A DNA stretch of 64,000 nucleotides from an uncultured Planctomycetales bacterium (GTDB taxonomy: Bacteria; Omnitrophota; Gorgyraeia; Zapsychrales; CAYRXT01), in assembly GCA_964428315.1 (NCBI GenBank), contig CAYRXT010000005.1, positions 12,592 to 76,591 of the forward strand. Reading direction: 5' to 3'. The position numbers and the translations under genes were made by a program. Shown one piece after another: positions 59,665-64,000 of this stretch. Under the pieces are notes generated by a model, which was not told the DNA's origin, did no database searches, and saw nothing but the letters and a program-made list of their open reading frames with translations. Each line of letters opens with the position of its first letter. Position 1 is the stretch's first letter.

Positions 59665-61266
59665 GTGATCCGAAACAGGATAATCTTCCGCCCTGAACTG
59701 CGCGTTTGGTGCCTGGTGCTCCTGGCGGGCATTCTCATCCTCGGGCCATGGCTCTTTTTCCAGGGCGAACTCTCGCAGGGCGATCACGGGCGCGACCTGT
59801 ACGCCTTCGAGCGGACGCTCAATGGCGAAAGACCTTACCGGGATTACTGGTGGGTTTATGGCCCCCTCATGCCCTATGTCTTTGCTGGCTTCTTCGGCCT
59901 TTTCGGGATCCATGTCTCCAGTGTCCTGCTGGCGCAGTACCTCTTCACGCTTGCGGCCGGCCTGCTTTTCTACGCCTGCGCTTCACGGCTGACGCGGCGC
60001 CCGACGGCCGTCATCGCGACCTTATGGTTCTGGGTCACGCCGTCCTATTTTTTCCACACATACAACCACACGGCGGGGCTCGCCTTCCTATTTGCCGTAC
60101 TGCTGGCCGCGCTTCGCTTCCGGCAAAGCGGCGGCAGGGCGGATATCCTCTTAGGCTTCCTTGGCGTGTTCGGGCTGTGCCTGGTCAAACTCAACATCGG
60201 GCTCGGGGTCTTCCTTGCCTACGGTATCGCCTTGTCTCTTCTCCGGCCGAAGGGTGCTCCCTTTCCGGCCAAAACGTTTTTTTCTGCCGGACTTTTAACG
60301 CTCGCAGTGACGGCCGGGATTTACGCCTTTTTTTTAAAGGACCTGCCGCTCTACGCGGTCAGGCAATGCATGCCGTTCTTCCCCTCCGACCGGCCGTTCA
60401 ACACATCACTGGTCGAATCGATTCTTGGATACCTGAAGGTCTTTGTCCTAGGCGGAACCTTCGCCGATATCCCGCACCTGCTCTTCCGGTTCATCCTCAT
60501 GGCGGCCATCGTCCGTTTAGGCCTCCTGTTTCTTCGAAAACGGTCCCACCCCTCCACCAGCGGGGTCATTCGAACAAGCGCGGCCCTTCTCGTCTTCGCC
60601 CTGGTCAATATGCACGAATTCTTTGCCAGCGGGGTCTTTTACAGGACATACTGGGCGGGGGGATCTCTCACGCTCCTGGGGTTTTTTCTTATAGACCGGG
60701 CCATGGCCGGTGCTCCCCGCAGACTCATGGCCGCCGTCACCCTTATCCTTCTCTGTCTCATCGGATGGCAGGCCAAAGACGTCTTCCTTTTCACCGGGCG
60801 TTTTATAGGGAAGAGAGAGCATTCTTTCGGATTTCGGCGTGCCGGGATTTATGTCGGCAATTCTCCGCTGTGGATCCGCACGGTCGGCCGCACGGCGCAC
60901 TTCCTTGAGGAAAACCTGCGGCCGGGGGAAACCTTCTTCGCGCTTCCCTATGATCCCCTCTACTATTATCTCCTGAGCCGGAAAAGTCCGACCCGCCAGC
61001 TCATATTCTTCGAACACATCAATATCACGCCAAAGCAGGAACGCGAGATCATCCGAGAGCTCCGGAGAAAAGAGATCCGCTTCATCCTCCTTTCCAGTCT
61101 GGCGTTTTCCGACCAAAGGGGGAACGGCCTCTTCGGGAGAGACTACTGCCCGCTTCTGGCGCAGTACATACAAGACAATTTTATTCTGACAAAGCGATTC
61201 GGCGAATGGCGAAGACAGCCCCGTTGGGCCTGGCCTCACGGGACAATGATTCTGGAGAGAAAATAA
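59665..61266 (+). CDS. Polytopic membrane protein, probable GT-C (ArnT/PMT-like) glycosyltransferase
   Basis: GDHGRDLY..., PYRDYWWVYGPL after TM1, about 12 TM segments, soluble C-terminal domain. Confidence 0.7.
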   Translation: MIRNRIIFRPELRVWCLVLLAGILILGPWLFFQGELSQGDHGRDLYAFERTLNGERPYRDYWWVYGPLMPYVFAGFFGLFGIHVSSVLLAQYLFTLAAGLLFYACASRLTRRPTAVIATLWFWVTPSYFFHTYNHTAGLAFLFAVLLAALRFRQSGGRADILLGFLGVFGLCLVKLNIGLGVFLAYGIALSLLRPKGAPFPAKTFFSAGLLTLAVTAGIYAFFLKDLPLYAVRQCMPFFPSDRPFNTSLVESILGYLKVFVLGGTFADIPHLLFRFILMAAIVRLGLLFLRKRSHPSTSGVIRTSAALLVFALVNMHEFFASGVFYRTYWAGGSLTLLGFFLIDRAMAGAPRRLMAAVTLILLCLIGWQAKDVFLFTGRFIGKREHSFGFRRAGIYVGNSPLWIRTVGRTAHFLEENLRPGETFFALPYDPLYYYLLSRKSPTRQLIFFEHINITPKQEREIIRELRRKEIRFILLSSLAFSDQRGNGLFGRDYCPLLAQYIQDNFILTKRFGEWRRQPRWAWPHGTMILERK

Positions 61267-61287
61267 ACAGGGCCTGGCCTTATTAAT

Positions 61288-61704
61288 CTACAGACAGCCG
61301 CACGAGCCGTCATAGGAGGGATTATTGATGCACCGCCCGAGCGTGCCGTCCTCCTTGACGCAGGTGACCGTTCCCGGCATGGGCACACCGCCTTCAAAGA
61401 CCAGCGGCCGGGTCACCTGAACCCAGTCATACTCGTCTTCATCCAGCTTTGTGCAGATATAGAGGCCGGCGCGTTTTTCATCGCTGCCGTCGTCGTAATA
61501 CATCAACCCGACGTCTTTGACCGAGGCACAGAATTCCTCGGCGGAAAGACTGGCTCGCGGCGTCAGCCTTAACCGGTCGTAAACGCCAAAAGGTGACGGG
61601 TAATAGGTCGTCAGGGTCAACTTCTCCTGGCCGAAAGACGGACCGGCCGGGATAATGGCGATCAGCATCCCCAGGATGGCGCCGAAGACAAAAGTGTTTT
61701 TCAT
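61288..61704 (-). CDS. Secreted small Cys-rich hypothetical protein with TTYYPSP motif
   Basis: Signal peptide; EKLTLTTYYPSPFGVY; six Cys residues; GGAG SD. Confidence 0.7.
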   Translation of the reverse strand: MKNTFVFGAILGMLIAIIPAGPSFGQEKLTLTTYYPSPFGVYDRLRLTPRASLSAEEFCASVKDVGLMYYDDGSDEKRAGLYICTKLDEDEYDWVQVTRPLVFEGGVPMPGTVTCVKEDGTLGRCINNPSYDGSCGCL

Positions 61705-62004
61705 TCATCTCTCCTGTTTTTCAACCCGGTTCTCGCCGGGATCATTTATCTCCAACCGCTTATTTCTATCCGCTGGAAATCCGGCCGACTGCCTGACAGC
61801 CATCGGGGACCCAGAAACAAGAAACCCAAAATCCATTTTTGTCTCTTGTCGCCTGTCGCCGGTTACCCGGCCAAATGTTATCGTAGCTCCCCTAAAGATA
61901 TCTGTCAACGCGATTGTCCCCTTTTGTGGCCGCAGAAAGGCCGACTATGATACCCTTCGCAAACGGCCCCAAACACGTTATAATTAGTATGGAGAAAACG
62001 CGTC

Positions 62005-64000
62005 ATGATCCAGCTGTCCACAAAAATTTCACGCAGTCCAGGTGAAAGGTTTTATTTTTCACCCGAGGCATGGGTTTTCCTGTGCCTCAGCGTCCTCACC
62101 CTCTTTGTCTTTCTGCGCTTTGTTGACCTGACGCCGCACGTGGGACGGGATTTCTTTTTTTCCACGGATGACCCTCTCCTCCAGGCCGAGAGCGAGCTTT
62201 CCCGTCAGTTTGACCGTAAAGACCAGCAACTAATCATCAATATCCGCGGAGACATTCTTTCCAAAGACTACCTTGATAAAGTCCGGCACCTCGGGACACT
62301 CCTGTCGACTTTGGAGGGGGTCAAAAGCGTTATCAGCCTGACAGACGGCCCGCGTTCGCCCCGTTACGCCCTCGAAAGCCCCTTCTGGAGAGGCGCCCTG
62401 ATCTCCCGGGATCAACAGTCCTCAAACATCGCCGTCTTCATCGATTACGCCATAGAGCGGGAGACAATCCGGCAGATCGAACTTCTCATCGAAGTCTTCC
62501 ACGAACAAGAATTTCACATCCGCATGTCGGGATTCCCCTACGTGACGGAACTGATCCGCCGTTATCTTCTCAATGATATGAAAACCTTCAGCCTCGCGGC
62601 GATGTTGATCTTCGGCGTCATCACAGTCCTGATTTTCCGGTCCGCGCGCATCCTTCTGGGCATGTTCATCTCCTGCGTGAACGCCGGCATGATCACCCTA
62701 ATGATGACCAGCCTGCTGGATATCAGGATCGGCATCCTCACGGCCAACCTGGCGACTATTGTCTTCGTCCTGACGCTTTCCCATATCATCTTTGTGACGT
62801 TCAACTGGCGCAAACTCAACCGTCCCGAACTCAGCGCGCGCCAGGCTGCCAGCGAGGCCGCGGCCATGACAGGCACCGCCTCCTTCTGGTGCATGCTGAC
62901 AACCTTCCTGGGATTCATCAGTCTTCTTTTTGTGCCGGCCAAGCCCCTGCGGGAACTGGGGATATCGGGCGCGGCCGGAACCGTCATCGCCTTTATCGTC
63001 GCCTACGGGGTCTATCCGGCCTTTCTTCGGTCCAAAGATGTGTCGCGTCTCCGTACCGGACGGCTCTTCACAGTATACCTGCCTTCGGTGTCCGGATGGC
63101 TCAACCGCCGCCGGGCGATCGTCATTGCCGTCATCGCGGGATTTGTCCTCATCAGCCTCCCGGCATTGAAAAGGCTCAGCACGGATCCCAGCCTTCTTTC
63201 CTATTTCTCCCAAGACTCGGAGATTTACAAAGGCCTTGAACGTATCGACAGGGAAGGCGGAAGCAGCCCGCTGGTGGTCGTGGTCAGGGACCGGCAGGGC
63301 AAGACATTCAATTCGAACCGCGCCTTTGAACAGTTATGGGACCTCCAGGAGGATCTGGAACGTCACCCGGAAACCGGCACCGTCGTTTCCCTGGCCACGC
63401 TCATGGCACAAGGCAAACGTACGCCCTTTTTCTTCCTGTTAGGCTGGAACCGGTTCTTCAACCGCGTGGAATCCCCGCAATTCGACGAGATCGGAAGGAG
63501 TTTTGTCACCCCCGACCACAAGGAGGCCCTTTATTTGATCCGGATGCATGAGGAGGGCCGGAGCCAGTCGCGCCTGAAGGTCATCGAAGAGATCCGAAAT
63601 ATTGTTCTCAGGAACGGGTTTGTCCCGACCATCGTGGCCGGGATCTACGCCCTGCAGGGACGGCTGGCCGACCTGGTGGCCTCCAGCCTGATTTTCGGCC
63701 TGCTGCGTCTTATCGGCATCTTCGCCTTGATCGGCCTCATCGTTTCATTTTCGCCGTGGACAGCCTTTGCGGTTACGCTCAGCATCGGCATCATCCCCTT
63801 ATGTATCTTAGGAGGATTCGGGATATGGGATATTCCTCTGGATATCATCTGCGCCCCCGCGGCCAATGTCGCCCTGGGCATGGGGATCGACGCGATGATC
63901 CACATGATCGCCGCCTATCGCCGGTTAAAAGAGAACGGCCTGACACGCGCGGACCGCTGGGACAAGGTCCGCTCGACGATGGCGGAACCCATCATGACGT
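62005..64000 (+). CDS. MMPL/RND-family exporter (3' end runs off the window)
   Basis: Manual translation MIQLSTK...DLTPHVGRDFFFSTDDP, SGFPYV, TTFLGFISL..P..PLRELG, second repeat SYF..DSEI, ALGMGIDAMIH; absent from the ORF track because it has no stop. Confidence 0.88.
   Translation, partial: MIQLSTKISRSPGERFYFSPEAWVFLCLSVLTLFVFLRFVDLTPHVGRDFFFSTDDPLLQAESELSRQFDRKDQQLIINIRGDILSKDYLDKVRHLGTLLSTLEGVKSVISLTDGPRSPRYALESPFWRGALISRDQQSSNIAVFIDYAIERETIRQIELLIEVFHEQEFHIRMSGFPYVTELIRRYLLNDMKTFSLAAMLIFGVITVLIFRSARILLGMFISCVNAGMITLMMTSLLDIRIGILTANLATIVFVLTLSHIIFVTFNWRKLNRPELSARQAASEAAAMTGTASFWCMLTTFLGFISLLFVPAKPLRELGISGAAGTVIAFIVAYGVYPAFLRSKDVSRLRTGRLFTVYLPSVSGWLNRRRAIVIAVIAGFVLISLPALKRLSTDPSLLSYFSQDSEIYKGLERIDREGGSSPLVVVVRDRQGKTFNSNRAFEQLWDLQEDLERHPETGTVVSLATLMAQGKRTPFFFLLGWNRFFNRVESPQFDEIGRSFVTPDHKEALYLIRMHEEGRSQSRLKVIEEIRNIVLRNGFVPTIVAGIYALQGRLADLVASSLIFGLLRLIGIFALIGLIVSFSPWTAFAVTLSIGIIPLCILGGFGIWDIPLDIICAPAANVALGMGIDAMIHMIAAYRRLKENGLTRADRWDKVRSTMAEPIMT

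Noticed and set aside
62230-63905. Short ORF-track entries suggesting a pseudogene region
   Set aside because: A plus-strand MMPL frame from 62005 explains the region; it is missing from the track only because it runs off the window.

Overview
Gene-dense, moderately GC-rich bacterial chromosomal window with about 60 CDSs, mostly on the minus strand. No rRNA, tRNA, CRISPR array, IS element or prophage was recognised. Gene content (PilZ, TMTC-like, AsmA-like, PAC2 and 'TTYYPSP' proteins) suggests the PVC superphylum, most likely Ca. Omnitrophota; this is inference. Housekeeping genes: leuS (partial), thiSGHF, cysK, mnmG, mnmE, folC, purH, rpsU, nth, nnrE, era, pabB/pabC. Most notable: (1) a ~14 kb glycan locus between mnmE and mnmG (2 PilZ, GH94 phosphorylase, sugar ABC transporter, secreted clan GH-A hydrolase, proteins sharing a triplicated Trp-rich helical domain, a CBM-like lipoprotein, ROK and LacI regulators, a coiled-coil protein) with two copies of a LacI-type operator; (2) an envelope operon containing a PilZ-TM-coiled-coil-putative glycosidase protein, an M1 peptidase-Omp85 fusion and a TMTC-like glycosyltransferase; (3) an ATP-grasp ligase plus lysine 2,3-aminomutase pair behind a structured leader. 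Together (1) and (2) suggest a c-di-GMP-linked extracytoplasmic glucan-processing system. All calls come from reading motifs by eye; no database searches were run.
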